Positions 34,590 to 48,509 of a stretch of 64,000 nucleotides of DNA are shown here, piece after piece. The position numbers were made by a program, and so were the translations under genes. Every line of letters starts with the position of its first letter. Position 1 is the stretch's first letter. The stretch lies in contig CM068745.1 in assembly GCA_035084275.1 (NCBI GenBank), forward strand, positions 61,256,001-61,320,000. Reading direction: 5' to 3'. Below the pieces are notes generated by a model, which saw only the letters and a program-made list of their open reading frames with translations, searched no databases and was not told the DNA's origin. The DNA comes from Hydrolagus colliei. Its lineage: Eukaryota.

Positions 34590-37540
34590 TTAGGAGCAGG
34601 AGTACACCATTCGGCCTTCGAGCCTGCTACACCATTCAATAAGATCATGGCTGATCTGCTCACCTAACTCTGATTACCTGCCCTATCCCCATATCCCCTA
34701 ATCCCTCTACTTTTCAAAAATCTATCAGTCTCGGCCTTGAAAATGTTCAAGGACTGAGCATCTACAGCCTTCTGAGATAGTGAATTCCATAAATTCACTA
34801 CCCCCTGAGTGAAGAAATGTTTCCTCAACTCTGTTCTAAAAGGCTGACTCTTAATTTTAAGACTGTGATCCCTGGTTATAGATTCTCCTACCAGGGGAAA
34901 CAATCCCTCAGTGTCTACTTTATCTATTCCTTTAAGAATCTTATATGTTTCAATAAGATCCCCCCTAATTCTTCTGTACTCTAGAAAATGCAGCCCTAGT
35001 TTATTCAACCTATCCTCATAGGTCAGTCAACAACAACAACAACTTTGATTAAATAGCACCCTCCACGCCGGACGGCGTCTCAGAGTGCTTCACAGTAGCG
35101 GATCCCTGGACCGAGCCAGGGCCAGGAAGGTGACCAAAAGCTTGGTCCCCTCATCCCAGGAACTAACCTAGTGAATCTACGCTGCACCCCCTCTAAGGCA
35201 AGTATGTCCTTTTTTAAATGAGACCAAAATTGCACACAATACTCTAGGTGCTGTCTCACCAGAGCCCTATACAGTTGCAGCAAGACTTCCCTACTCTTAT
35301 ACTCTAAACCTTTTGAAATGAACGCTAGCATGCTGTTCGCCTTTTTAGTTGCTTGCTGCACCTGCAAACTAACGTTTTCGGACTGATGTACAAGGACATC
35401 CAAATCCCTTTGAATACTGACACTATCTAACTTCTCCCCCTCTAGAAAATAATCTATTCTTTTATTCTTGCTACCTAGATGAATAATTTCACACTTGCTA
35501 ACATTGAATTCCATCTGCCACCTACTTGCCCACTCCCCTAGCCTTGTTGCAATCTTTTTGCATCATCCTCAGAGCTCACTCTGCTATCTAGTTTAGTGTC
35601 ATCCATGAATTTAGACACATTACATTCAATGTCCTCGTCCAGATCATTAATGTAAATAGCTGAGGCCCAAGCACTGATCCTTGTGGCACTCCACTAGTTA
35701 CATCCTGCCAATTCGAGAATGATCCATTTATCACTACTCTCTGCTTTCTACCTAATAGCCACTCTTCTATGCATGTTAATATTTTCCCATTAATCCCGTG
35801 GGCCTTAATCTTGAGTAACAGCCTTTTGTGTGGCACCTTGTCAAATGCCTTCCTAAAATCCAAACATACCACATCCACTGGCTCCCCCTTATCCAACCTG
35901 CGGGATACATCCTCAAAAAATTCTAAAAGATTAGTCATGCATGACTTCCGTTTTGTGAAGCCATGTTGACTCTGCCTAATCTTTTTATGGTCTTCAAGGT
36001 ATCCCATAACTACGTCTTTTAGTAAGGACTCAAGAATTTTCCCCTACAACTGACGTCAGACTAACTGGTCTATAGTTTCCCATATTTTCTCTCCCACCCT
36101 TCTTAAATAGTGGAGTTAGGTTTGCAATCTTCCAATCAATGGGGACTTTTCCAGAATCCACAGAATTTTAGAAGATCATAGACATGCCATCCACTATCTC
36201 AGTAGCCACCTCCTTTAAAACTCTAGGATGCAGGCCATCCGGTCCAGGGGATTTATCGGTTTTAAGACCCGACAATGTATCTAGAACCATCTCTTTACTA
36301 ATGTTAATCTCCCTAAATTGCTCGCTAACATTGTCTTCTTGGTTCCCCTCTATTTTTGTTATGCTTCCAGTGTCTTCTATGGTGAAGACAGTAGAAAAAT
36401 ACTTGTTTAATGACTCTGCCATGTCCTTGTCCCCTATTATAGTTCCTCCGATCTCTGCCTGTAATGGACCCACATTCACCCTCGATAGCTTTTCCTCTTT
36501 ATATATTTTTAAAACTTTTGCAGTCTGTTTTTATGTTCTTTGCTAGTTTGCCTTCATAATCTATTTTCTCCCTCTTGATCAATTTTTTGGTGCTCCTCTG
36601 TTGTTCCCTAAAGTTCTCCCAATCCTCGGGTTTATACTCATCTTCGCTGTTTTATAGGCTTTTTCTTTTGATTTGATACTTTCCCTAACTGCTCTAGTTA
36701 GCCACGGCTGAACCACCTTTCCCATAGCATTCTTATTCCTCAAAGGAATATGTGCTCGTTGGGAATTTTGCACTATCTCCTTGTATGTCTGCCATTGCTG
36801 GTCTACTGTCAAATCCTTAAATCTAGTCTCCCAGTTTATTCTGGCTAATTCCTCTCTCACACCAGCAAAGTTGGCTCTATTTAAATTGAAGACTTTTGCT
36901 TCAGACTTAACTACTTCCCTCTCTAACTTAATGCTAAATTCCATCATATTATGATCACTTTGCCCAAGAGGAGCCTTAAGTTCCAGTTTGCTGATCAGCT
37001 CTGTTTCATTACACAAAACAAGGTCTAATATGGCTTGTTCCCTGGTCGGCTCCTCGGCATACTGGTCTAGAAAATTATGTCTAATACATGCTATAAACTC
37101 CTCTTCTATCTTACCTTTCCCAATTTGGTTGTCCCAGTCTATGTGCAGGTTAAAATCACCCACAATTAGTGTCTTTCCTTTACTACCTGCTCCGTTAATC
37201 TTCTGATTTATACCTTGAGCGATACTTTGACTGCTGTTTAGGAGTCTATAAACTACTCACACTATAGTTTTCTGCCCTTTGAAGTTCCGTATCTCTACCC
37301 ATACTGACTCTACATCTTGCTATTCAGATTTAAAATCTTTCCTCTTTACTGTTTTTATCCCATCCTTTATTAGCAGGGCCACCCCCTCTCCTCGTTTACC
37401 ACATTGCCTATCTTTCCTATATATCACAAAGCCGTGAATATTTAGTTCCCACCTTGATCACCCTGTAACCATGTCTCGGTGATGGCCACTAGACTATACC
37501 GGTTTTTCTCTATTTGCGCAACTAATTCATCTATCTTGTT
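34590..37540 (-). mobile_element. CR1 LINE ORF2 (endonuclease end plus RT), frameshifted
   Basis: ORFs 36579-37163, 36168-36479, 35588-36007, 35080-35514 and 34664-35008 are colinear with and very similar to the 23590-25880 copy; tail CATAAGAACATAAGAA; a 115-bp L2 tail is inserted at about 35030-35145 with a GTC duplication. Confidence 0.95.
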
Positions 37541-38139
37541 TGACATGGGACGTAAACTCACAATTTTTTGACTCAGAGTTGAGAATGCTTCCACTGGCCT
37601 AGGCAACATTCACAAAGCAAACTATTTCCCCATCAGATTATTCAATTTTAATGATATATCAAGTTCCCTCTTAAAAGCTACAATGACAAAAACAAACCAC
37701 ATTTGTGCTTCACGGATAATATTTTCACTGTTCCAACAAAATGGGCCACTGCTTCCAGTCTCATAGATTTCCTTAAGTGAAGGCATATCTAATTGCAGGA
37801 ACACATTAAATTCTTAACAATGAGATTGTTACCCTTAGAGCAGAGGAAAGAGGACACTTACAGAGGTGTTAAAAATTATGATGGGTATTGATAGGAGTAA
37901 ATAGAGAAACTTTCTTCTGGCAGGTAGGTCAGTAACCGGAGGACACAGATTTAAGATAATTGGCAAATGAACCAAAGGGGAGATGAATAATTGTCTTACC
38001 TAGAGAGTTGTGTATGATCTGGTATGCTTTGCCTGAAAACTGGATTTGTACTGTTAATTGGATTACTATAATGGTTTGGTAAATGTAAGAGCAAATGGTT
38101 TACATCTTTAAGTGTGAAATGCTTGATTGATTGGCTTGC

Positions 38140-38960
38140 ACCAGCACCTTCATGCATCAGTCGCTGGCCGCATCAACCTCCATGGTTGCTTACTCGACCT
38201 CACCCAGCCAGTCAGGAACCTCTGTGTCTTGTTCACAGAGACAACTGTCTTTCCTCCCCCACATCCAAGCAAAGACTCGCTCTTGTAAAGTTTTCACACC
38301 TTGAGGGGGATTCAAGCGTTTGTCAGAAACCACAACAAATATATATTTTAAAGAGTTTTATTGTTAATTGCATAAAAACATTAGTAGGGGCCCGGGGTTA
38401 CAACAACAATAACAACTTTCATTTATATAGTGCCCTCCACAAAGGACGACATCTCAGAGCACTTCACAATAACGGATCCTGGCGGTGAGCCAGGGGCAGG
38501 GGAAGAAAGGTGACCGAAGGCGCGGTCGAAGAGAAAAGTCTTTAGCCGAGACCTGAAATTAGGTAGAGAGGGGTCGAGGCGAAGGAAGGGAGTTCCAGAG
38601 CCTTAGAGCGTAGTGGCTGAAGGCATGGCCGCCAATGGTGGAACAGAGGACTTGGGGTACAAGGAGGAGGCCAGACCCGGTGGAGTGAAAACAACAGTTG
38701 CTGTTTTGAGGAGAGCAGAGGTGCAGAGGAGTGGAGAGATTTGAAGACAAGGGTGAGAATCTTGAAATCAATCCTCTCCAGGACAGGGAGCCAGTGAAGT
38801 CTGGCAAGGACTCGGATAATGGGGGAGGGAAGTTTGGTGCGGATGAGATTGCGGGCGGCAGAGTTCTGTATGAGTTGATTTTATGGATTGTGTTGGAGGG
38901 GAGACCGCCAAGGAGGGCATTTGAGTAGTCCAGCCAAGAGATGACAAAGGCATGGACCAG
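38140..38960. mobile_element. composite L2 fragments
   Basis: Minus-strand L2 3' end with AAC tail at about 38400-38950 and a decayed + fragment at about 38170-38280. Confidence 0.65.
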
Positions 38961-39105
38961 AGTTACATGCCATCAGTGGTGCATTATATACTGCATCATA
39001 GTTCCCTGGTGCACTGATCAATACTCATTGCACATAATTGACAACTAAAATGCTAACAAGATTGATTCAAAATCAGAACTCTAAACATAAAATAATTATG
39101 TGGTA

Positions 39106-39435
39106 CAGGTTGAGCTTCCTGAATCCGGCAACCTCGTGACCGAAGCCGAGCCGGTTTTCATGTTTTTCCGGACTCCGGAATGTGTTTCTGATGTCTGAAG
39201 TGCAGAAACGCCTGAACCCAGGTTCGGGTATTTCTGGACTTTGGAACGCCAGAAGCGCATCCCGAGTCCGGAAATGCCTGGGCCCAGGTTGCAATATTTC
39301 CAGTTTTTGGACGTCACCTTGTAGTTCTTCTCAGGATGTCCGGATTCCGGAACATTTTACGGATTCCGGACGAACCTTCCACCAATCGTTCCAGATTCCA
39401 GATTCCGGAACTCCGGATTTGGGACACTCAACCTG
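39106..39435. mobile_element. TcMar MITE (CAGGTTGAG TIR)
   Basis: TA|CAGGTTGAG ... CTCAACCTG; internal TCCGGA repeats; same family as 21537-21767. Confidence 0.8.
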
Positions 39436-40289
39436 CATAAGAGATGTGCTTAAGCAATGTCTAACTACACTTGCATGTTGGGTGCATGTTTTAGTAAGTA
39501 GGAAAGATACTACCGAGTAGTCAAGAGATGGCTCAAAGGATTCGTAGTTCATTCTGTGGCAGGCTCAAGAATTAAACACAGTCTTTGGCTTGGTTCTGGC
39601 TGCAAATGGCTTTGGATCGTTTCCGCTGCTGCAGTGTTCTTTGATGTCCACTCCAGCGAGAACTAGACCTGCTCCCTTTCGTGGTTTATTCTGGTGAGAG
39701 CTAGACAAGCATCTCTATATCCCTTCAGAGGTCCATTTGTTTGTTTGTTTTGGCTACCTTTTTGCTAGCCATCCGGATGTTGTCTTTCTTTCTCCTCATG
39801 ACCTCTTTCTCTCACTATCCGTTCCCATTTCTAACCTATTGTTAGCATTCTTCCCTATCTTCCAGTTAGTTACTTTGTACCCCTTAGACGTATTCTCTAT
39901 TTTTTAAAAATAAGATTTGCTCCATTCCATCTTATCTAGCCCGACCAGAACCTCCTGACTTACTTGTCCTTGATGGTCTGAACATTTTCAGTAACTCATT
40001 GTCCTGTCTTTGGCTCTGCCTGCGTGACTTACTGATCTCAAGCTTTCTCAGCCCTTCCAGTGCTGATGTTTGGGTTAACACCTGCCAAATTTGATGCACT
40101 GCCATCATTCTCCTGATCCCGTTACCTACTCATTTCCCAGTGCATGAGTATCTCAACATTTCTATAGGGAACTGTGTGTGTTCCAAACCACATGTTTATG
40201 TTTAATACATTCTAATTGATTCATTTATTCATGATATTCACTACATGATCAATAATCCTTATCCTATAATTTCAACCATTTACACACTG

Positions 40290-40710
40290 CCTTTCCTCAT
40301 CTCCATAATATTGCCACTACCTCACCCCAAAGCCGCTGAAACCCTCATTCATGCCTTCATTACATCCCAGCTCGATTATGCAAATACCTTGCTTGTCGGC
40401 CTTCCCAGTTCCTCCCTCCACAGGTTGCAGATGATCCAGAACTCTGTGGCCTGTGTCCTCTACCATTCCAAACTCTGTAACCCCATCTCCCCCATCTTTG
40501 CCCGATTCCATTGGCTCCCCATCATCCAGAGGATTCAATTCTAGATCCCGGTCTTCACATTTAAAACCCTCCACAAACTCGCCCCACCCTATATCCGTGA
40601 CCTTCTAACACCTTACCAACCTGCCCGCCCCCTCCACTTAGCAGGCTCTGGCCTGCTCCATGTCCCCTGACCCACCCACCCCACCATTGGCGGACGGGTT
40701 TTCAAGCTTT
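40290..40710 (+). mobile_element. L2 LINE fragment
   Basis: KAAETLIHAFITSQLDYAN..QMIQNS..FHWLPIIQRIQF. Confidence 0.8.
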
Positions 40711-41159
40711 TTGTCAGAGGATGCTTCTGATTCTGGTCTTGACTGTGATCCAATTTAATCTGGTAGATTTTGGGCAGCTTCATCCTAAAATTCAATGGAA
40801 TAACAGATTTACACAACGTCTTTCATTTACAATTGAACATGTTAAAGTGGTTTACAAAAACAATTTAAAAATTAAGTGATTGTTACATTGACAAAGGTGG
40901 CAACTAATTTGAACCAGTAATATCCTACAATATCCTTCTTTCCCCCCTTTTGCACATCTTTCTTTTATACTCCCTGCTCTCTCTCTCTCAAACTAATTCT
41001 CTCATGCCATTCACACTCACGCTCCCTCACCTACCCATTTATCATCTAGTCTGGCACAATTAAAATCAACGTTGATGTATAAGAAAGGAAAATAATACTG
41101 CATTAACCTGAGAGCACATGAGTCACTATGCTATATTAGTGTGACAGTTGGCAAGAGGA

Positions 41160-41500
41160 ATATAATAATAATCTTTGCACTTTTCACGCCTTCTAGATGT
41201 CTCAAAATGCTTCACAGAATATACTTAAAGTGAAACAAAAACAGAAGTTGCTTTTTGTTTCAGATTTCCAGCAGCTGTAGTATTTTGTGTATTGATACTG
41301 TAAAGTGAATTGACTGTATTTTTGTGGGTGAAATGTGGCAGCCAATTGCACACAGCAGTCCACAAACAGTTGTGGATTCAAATTACCCAAGTTATTATTG
41401 GGGGGTTTTGAGGGGTTATTATCAGGCATGTGGCGTAAGGAAACTTTCCTAAGGTTATCCCCTGCCAGGAATTGAACCCAGGTCTACCCAATGAGCTACA
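41160..41500 (-). mobile_element. Deu-domain-like SINE
   Basis: Reverse complement of head GGAGTCCTGTAGCTCA, core and tail. Confidence 0.75.
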
Positions 41501-42083
41501 GGACTCCATACATTTGTATAGCGCCTCTCATGCCAGGAGGAAATGCAAAAGCGCTGGGTAGTCATGGATTTGGATCTGAGCTGGGAATGGGATCAGGAGG
41601 GATGGAAGGCATGGAGGGTAGACGTAGCAGGGTGGGCAAAGGCGTGGTTGAAGAGGAGTGTCTTAAATTGTGCCTTCAATAACGAGGCGAACAGATTGTG
41701 GGATGGAGTTCCAAAGGGTGGGGGCAGAGAGGCTGAAGGTTGGACCACCAATGTTGGGGCCGGCCGAGCAAGGGATGTGGAGCAGACTGGATCCTGCTGA
41801 GTGGAAGGAGTGGACAGGTTGATATGGATGGAGCAGATCACAGAGGTCGGAATGACTAAGGCCATGGAGGGCTTTGAAGGTGAGGAATGAAGATTTTGAA
41901 CTCCATCCTCTGGAGGTGGCATCTGTTTGTAGCCCGAGGTTAATGCACACACCCCTTCATTATGCATACCCCTCCATTACACACACCCCTCCATTACATA
42001 AACACATATTTACACATATCCCATCCGTTACAAACACAAACCTCCATTACACACCTCCTCACCTCCACTACACACCTCTTCAC

Positions 42084-42737
42084 TAGGGTCTGGCGATGTA
42101 TCGATATATCGCTAAAATCCGATATAATTTTCATATCGATATGCCGATATAGGCATTTTAAAAATATCGATATATCGCAAAATCGATATATCGAGGAAAA
42201 AAATCAGAATGCGCGCACACTGAACTACAAGACCCAGAATGCTCATCTCTATACACAATGCACAGACTAAGGTGCAAAGCCGCCATATTGTATTCGTAGC
42301 AGTCGAATACAATATACAGTTATGCAAGCGGTGGGGGTGGAGAGAGACGGCGGGAGGGTGGTCGGAGAGAGGGCCAGCGGCGGTGGGGGGGAGGAGAGAG
42401 GGACGGCGGCAGGGGGGGCGGAGGAGAGAGGGATGGCGGTGGGGGGGGGGAGAGACGGGGTGGATGTGATAATATACAGATAGATAAAGATGGGGGGGAT
42501 GTGATAGAGGAGAGAGACACAGAGACACAGACAGAAAAACACAGATGGAGAGAGTGAGTGTGAGAGACACAGAGAGAAAGATATTTACCTCCTGAGGAGA
42601 TAGGCCCTGAATGTGTGCGCACCCCGAATGCACGCATGCGCAGTACGAAAACCCCGAAAATATTGATATTTCGGTATATCTCGATATGAGCCCATCGATA
42701 TATCTAAATCCGAAAATTTCCATATCGACGGACCCTA
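42084..42737. mobile_element. hAT MITE related to the 19183-21049 element
   Basis: TIRs TAGGGTCTGGCGAT / TAGGGTCCGTCGAT, TSD CTCTTCAC/CTCCTCAC (7/8), ATATCG subterminal arrays. Confidence 0.85.
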
Positions 42738-43879
42738 CTCCTCACCTCCACTACACATCCCTCCAGTAGACACCTCCCCCACTCCCCCCTCTGTTACAAA
42801 CAGCCCCTCTGCTACAAACCCGTAAGAACATTGAGCTTGGGGCCCAGGTTTCTCATGCTGCGCTTGGCTGTTTACTTAATGCTCCTGTGACTGGAGCAAC
42901 TTTGCACACACATACGCAGTGAGGCACGAGAGAGAAATGGGCTTCACTGACCCCAAGCCCTGCTGTTGAGATTGTCTGTGTGTCTCTCTCTCCTCTCCTC
43001 TGCATGTGTGTCGTGTGTGGGTAGGTGAGTGAACTTGTATGAGTGTGTGTGCCTCTATGTGACACTACCCTCTGTGTGTGTATTTGTCTGTGAGTGTCTC
43101 TCATGTGACAGTGTCTGTGTATGTGTCTCCCTCTGGATCTCTGTGTCTGTATGAGGTTGCAGGTCCCATGGCGTAGGAGGTGGTGATGTACTGGAGGTTG
43201 CAGTCAGAACATTGGTGAGCAATTAGGGTGCTTGATCAGTTCCTTGGGACATCCTCCCGATGTGAAAGGTGCTTTACAAGCGTAATTTTGTTGTTGATTA
43301 TTGTTTGTTGGATCTCCAGGCCTATAAATGTAGTGCGGGTTGGAAACAGATCATTGGGTCTTTTGGGCCTGTGCTCGTGTTCCCTATTCGGGGGGAGGGG
43401 GGGGGGGTCAGCTTCTGCTAAAGAAAGCATTGATAATACTTTTTGCAACAATCTAATGTTGAGATTGGGACTTTTCTTTACTCCATTTATCACAAGATTA
43501 GTACAGATGAAGAAAGCCACCCAGCCCATGTGATCTCATCCTTCCAGAACACCCACCACCTCCTCCTCACCCAGTAACAGGCTGCTTTTTAAATGAGATC
43601 AGTGTATTTGCCTTAACTACCCTCTGGCAACCTGTTTTACTCTATTTAGATGAGTTAACTAACACCCTATATATTTTCTGCTCCCCAAATGGGAAGTTCA
43701 GTTCAGTTCCTACAGAAAGCAGGTTGCAAAGTGAGAACTGAATTCAACACTTTTCTATATCCCTGATGCTCTGAGATGCATTGTTGGTAGAGAAAATCCA
43801 GACCCAGAATATTATCCAGATCTGCACAGTTCAACATCTTATAAATATGATGGGCCAAAGACAAACAGGATAATCTACA

Positions 43880-44343
43880 CAGGTAAATCCCGCTTAACGT
43901 TGCCTTGGTTAACATTGTTTTATTATTACGTTGCTGATACATAGGAAACAGATATTCATTTAACGCTGCGACATTCACTATTACGTCATTCTCCAGCGGG
44001 TGGAAAGGGGGCACAACGGCGCTAGGGCCTGCCCGTCACTCTCTTGACTGGGAGTGAGCCAGGCCGGCAACAAGAGAGTGAGGCAGGTTGGCAGCGAGTG
44101 AGACTGGCAGTGAATTAGTTAGCCGGGCAGGCAGTCAGGGAGCGAGCGAGTGAGTTTGCTGGGCTGGAAGTCAGGGAGCGAGAATAATGATTTTTTTAGA
44201 AAGGTTTGATGAAAAATGTCCAAAATAATCTAACTCCAGTTTATACATTAATTCTTATAGGAAAAATGTGTTCACTTAAGGTTGTTTCACTCAAAGTCGC
44301 ACTTTTCAAGAACCAATCTATCACTTTAAGCGGGGTCTACCTG
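43880..44343. mobile_element. Tigger/pogo-type non-autonomous element
   Basis: CAGGTAAATCCCGCTTAAC ... TTTAAGCGGGGTCTACCTG|TA; same TIR family as 21120-21953. Confidence 0.8.
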
Positions 44344-45809
44344 TACATTTATATAGACAAAATGTTTGTCTGTATGTGTCATGAGGCCTCCCAACCTGAG
44401 TCCTCCTATAGGGACCCTCCCACTGAGTTTTCCCACTGATTCCTCCCAATAGGAGTTCTCCGAAAAGCATACGTGTCCAAATATGTGAACGGTGGATGTT
44501 AACAAGTTCAATAACACATATTTTTTAATCTTAATGGATAAAAATGCCTAAGAAGCGCACATCAAGCCTTTCAAAATGACAGATGAAAGAGAGAAGGCCG
44601 ATTAAACTGGTTGCAAGCATGGCGGCAATGGTCACAGCTAGTAATAGTTTAAATTTAAAGTATTTAGACAAATCAAAACTCTGTATAGACTGTGGGTCTG
44701 AAATGTACAGGTAGTTTTTATGATGTTAAAAACTATTCACATATCCTAGTTCTCTTGTCAAAGATTTATCTGAGGCTCTTAGCACCACACAGATTTGTTA
44801 CGTATTTTCCAGCTTTTGTTTTTACCTGATCCTTGCTTCTGTTTTCAAGTTGCTGCACAAATTGAGCCCTGAATGAAATGAATGTGAAATAATTAAATAA
44901 TTGGAATGAACATATCATTTTTCTCTATTTTCACAGATAGACAAAGCTGCTAAACTGTTGTAAAAATCAAAGGAGGCTCGAAACTGAAATGGCAATGATA
45001 AATTCAAATTTATTGCAAAAATCTGTCTAAACAAAACGTTTGTTCACATAAACATATGAAAACTACAGTTCATTTCCAGTTTGGTCACACAATAAATTGT
45101 TTTGCTGGATGAAATGTGATATTGCCATGGTTAAAACTTTCAGGTTTGTATATTCTAGATTTCTTAATAGAAAAAATGTTACCATGTTAATAGATGTGGT
45201 AGATGAATTTGACACAACGATACTTACTGTTCAGCTGGTGTGTCATTTCTTGTTGGTGACTTTTTCTTATGGAGAAAAAAGGTGAGAATGGCTATCACAA
45301 TTATGGATTGCACAATTATGATATAAACCATAAAATGGTGGTATTCTTCACATTTTTCTGGAATAAAAGTTGTTCAAAAGATTTATCACACTATAGACTT
45401 TTCTAGTGTGAGCAGCACAATTATGACATAAATCATATAGTGTTGACGTTGTTTGGGCATATCTGGAATAAAAGCTTTTTGGAGGATTTAGTACAGTGTG
45501 GACTTTGCTTTTGCATTTTGCATATATGTTACACAGCAACTATTAATTCACTTTTCCTTTCAATTGCACAATAATTGTACAAAAGAAATCGAATATCTGA
45601 CACATGTGGAATTCCATCATCAAATTTCAAGACCATCCAAATCAGACATAGTCTATAGAAAAATTACATATCATTGGATACTTTCCTTGTCTCTGAAACT
45701 TTTTTGTTTCAACAACTTGCATTTTGCATTCTTGTTTTCCAAAGTTTTGGGGCCCAGTGACTTATACTTAAATCATTTTGTTTATTAAAGATCAGCTACT
45801 AGCCCTTTG

Positions 45810-46950
45810 ATCTAACGGCTTTTCCTTCAGCCTTGCACAGTCACATGTGGCGATCCCCAGGGCTCTGTCCTTGGCCACCTGCTCTTCACCCTCTACATGC
45901 TCCCCCTTGGTGACATCATCCCCAGACATGGGGTAAATTTCCACGGATGACACCCAACTCTACCTTTCCGCTTCCACCCTCGATTTCAGGACTACTGGGG
46001 TTCTGACTGCATGTCTGTCCTACATTGAGTTCTGGATGAGGGACAACTTCCTCCAACTAAAGACAGTTGCCTCTGTCAACAAGACAGAGGCCCTCCTGAT
46101 TGGTTAGCATCAGCGCCTCTGCACCTCAGGTGCTGGCAACATCAGTATTCAAGGCTCCACTCTCCACCTTTTGAAGCCAGTCAGGAATCTGGGTGTCTTG
46201 TTCAACCCCAAACTATCCTTCCTCTCCCAAATCCGCACCATGACCGGTACAGCCTTCCACCACCTCCACAACATTGCTAGGCTCCACCAGTATCTCACCC
46301 TCCATGCTGCTGAAACACTCATCCACACTTTCATCACATCTATGCTTGACTACGGGAACTCTCTCCTCGTTGGACTTCACAGCTCCTCCCTTCACAAGTT
46401 GCAGATTATTCAAAACTCTGCAGCTTGTGTACTCTCCCACACTAGGCTCCGCGACCACATCACTCCCACCCTCGCCCATCTCTACTGGCTCCCCATCTCC
46501 CAGAGGGTTGAATTCAAGATTCTCATCCTCATTTTCAAGGCCATTCACAGACTTTCCCCCACCTATCTGTCCGACCTACTGTTATTCCTATCAGCCTGCC
46601 TGTCCCCTCCGTTAGCGGGTTCTGGCCTGCTCCATGTCCACCCCCCAAACTGCTCTACCATCAATGGCTGGGCTTTCAGCCACTCTACCCCCACATTCTG
46701 GAACTCCATCCTGCAATCCCTTTGCCTCGCTTCCTCCCTTTCCTCCTTTAAGGCCGGTTTCAAGACCTTCCTCTTCGACCATGCCTTCTGATCCCCTCCT
46801 AACTCTCCTCCCTTTCCCACTCTCCATTCCCCTACCTTGACCTCCCCCACACTTGTTCATGTCCCGACCTAACTGTTCAGCGCCTTGGGACGTCATCCTT
46901 TCGTGAAAGGCGCTCTATAAATTAATTTTGTTGTTTTTGTTGTTGTTGTT
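45810..46950 (+). mobile_element. L2 LINE RT 3' half
   Basis: ORF 46171-46791 (KPVRNLGVLF..HAAETLIH..IQNSAA..LYWLPI) with a GTT tail. Confidence 0.9.
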
Positions 46951-48509
46951 TGATGATGGGAGAAGAGGGAACCAGATACCATCAGAGGCCAGAGCAGGCT
47001 GAGTGGAGCTGACAGATGCTGCAATGGGGAGTGAGCAAGTCGGAGAGATAAGCAGGTGCCAGGGCATGAAGGGATTTGTAGATGAATGTAAATGTCTTGA
47101 AGTTGATCAGTTCTGTGATGGGGAGCCTGTGGCCGGTCAACGACTAGTGTGATGGGGTGAAGGTATTTTGAGTTCCTCCTGAAGTAATACAATGCAGCCG
47201 ACCAGTATTCCTCAGAAAGATGTTGATCCTTGTCCATCTTCTTCTCTGTTGATTTCTTTCTCTCCTTTTGATTTATTGGGTATTACAAGTTTATAGTGTA
47301 CTCTGATGGCAGCCCCTGACCACCAGTGTCACCAGTGGCTTCACTGAAACTACTCCTGACCATTTTTTGCTGGTTCTTACTTTGTTTTACATTTGCATTG
47401 CTTTAGGACTTCCAATCGCTTTTCACATCCTCTTATCAAAGAATTGAGTATCAAGGGTTGGGGACAATAATAACAAAGGGCAAAATTACATTTGTATAGC
47501 ACCTTTCACATGAAGAGGTCGTCCTGTGGCGCTGGGAGTAGAATTCTGGCCATTTTTGGAGTAGTGGCTCGACAACAAAAAAGCGGAGGTAGCAAAGTGA
47601 TCAGTGGAGCACAGTGAGCCTGCAGGAATGGAAAAGGTTATAGAAGAAAGCGCAATAGGGAGAGAGAGGGTTTGGCACTCAAAATAGTTTTATTTGTTAG
47701 TTTAGACAAGAGCCCAGCCAGCAAAATAATTTAGAGAGGGTTAGAGAGAGAGAAAAACCAAAGAGGTGAGAATGGACTGGAATAGAAAAAAGGGAGCTGT
47801 GTCGAAGTTGCAGGCAAACTTGTATCAATTGTATAAAATACATTTAATCAATAATCTACTCTGTGCATCTGTAATTCAATACAGCTGGTTAGAGCCATGA
47901 GGTGACGAGTCAAGACTTTGTCTTCAGTGAGTCATTGCAAATTCACCTGTGGCTGCAAGTGCTGGAATCGCATTCAAAAAAGGGAAGTGACATTTTTCTG
48001 CATAAATGTCAATGGAGAAATTTCGATCAAGTATCAATGATGCTGAGAGGACTGTCTATATTGTGCTTGATATTATCAATGTGCTCCCTACGAGAAGCGT
48101 TTGGTTATCAGGATCTATTTGCGCTTGAGCTGGCTCCAAGGTGATGCTCTTGGCAACAGACTATCGGAAAAAAGTTAATCCTCTGTCATGGTCTCATTCG
48201 TCAAGATCCTGAGCTCCTTGGACCTGCAGTACTGCAGGGCACTGCTGATGTCAGACTAGCTAACCTGGCAAATCAGTAGGTATTGTAAGGCCAGAGCAGT
48301 GACTGGGGATTCTTCCCAGTCAGCTCCTGTAAGCCAAAGCCCTAATGGGTAGAGTGGTCCAAGAAGAAGAAGCAACAGGAAGCTTGGCTGATGGTACTCT
48401 CAATGGCAAACTGTGCTGTTTGAACTGGTTAAATCCCAGCAGCACAACAACACACTCTTGTGTCCTTAAGGCTTGTCTCTTCCCAACCTGTGTCCATTAT
48501 TCTCTCGAA

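Noticed and set aside
39560-40150. Non-repetitive-looking stretch suspected to be an LTR or other retroelement remnant
   Set aside because: No recognisable motif in any frame; left unclassified.
45000-45790. AT-rich repeat-free block with minus-strand AATAAA (45009-45014, 45781-45786) as the nectin-like 3' end
   Set aside because: Plausible but unsupported; closer AATAAA sites exist and the last exon is uncertain.
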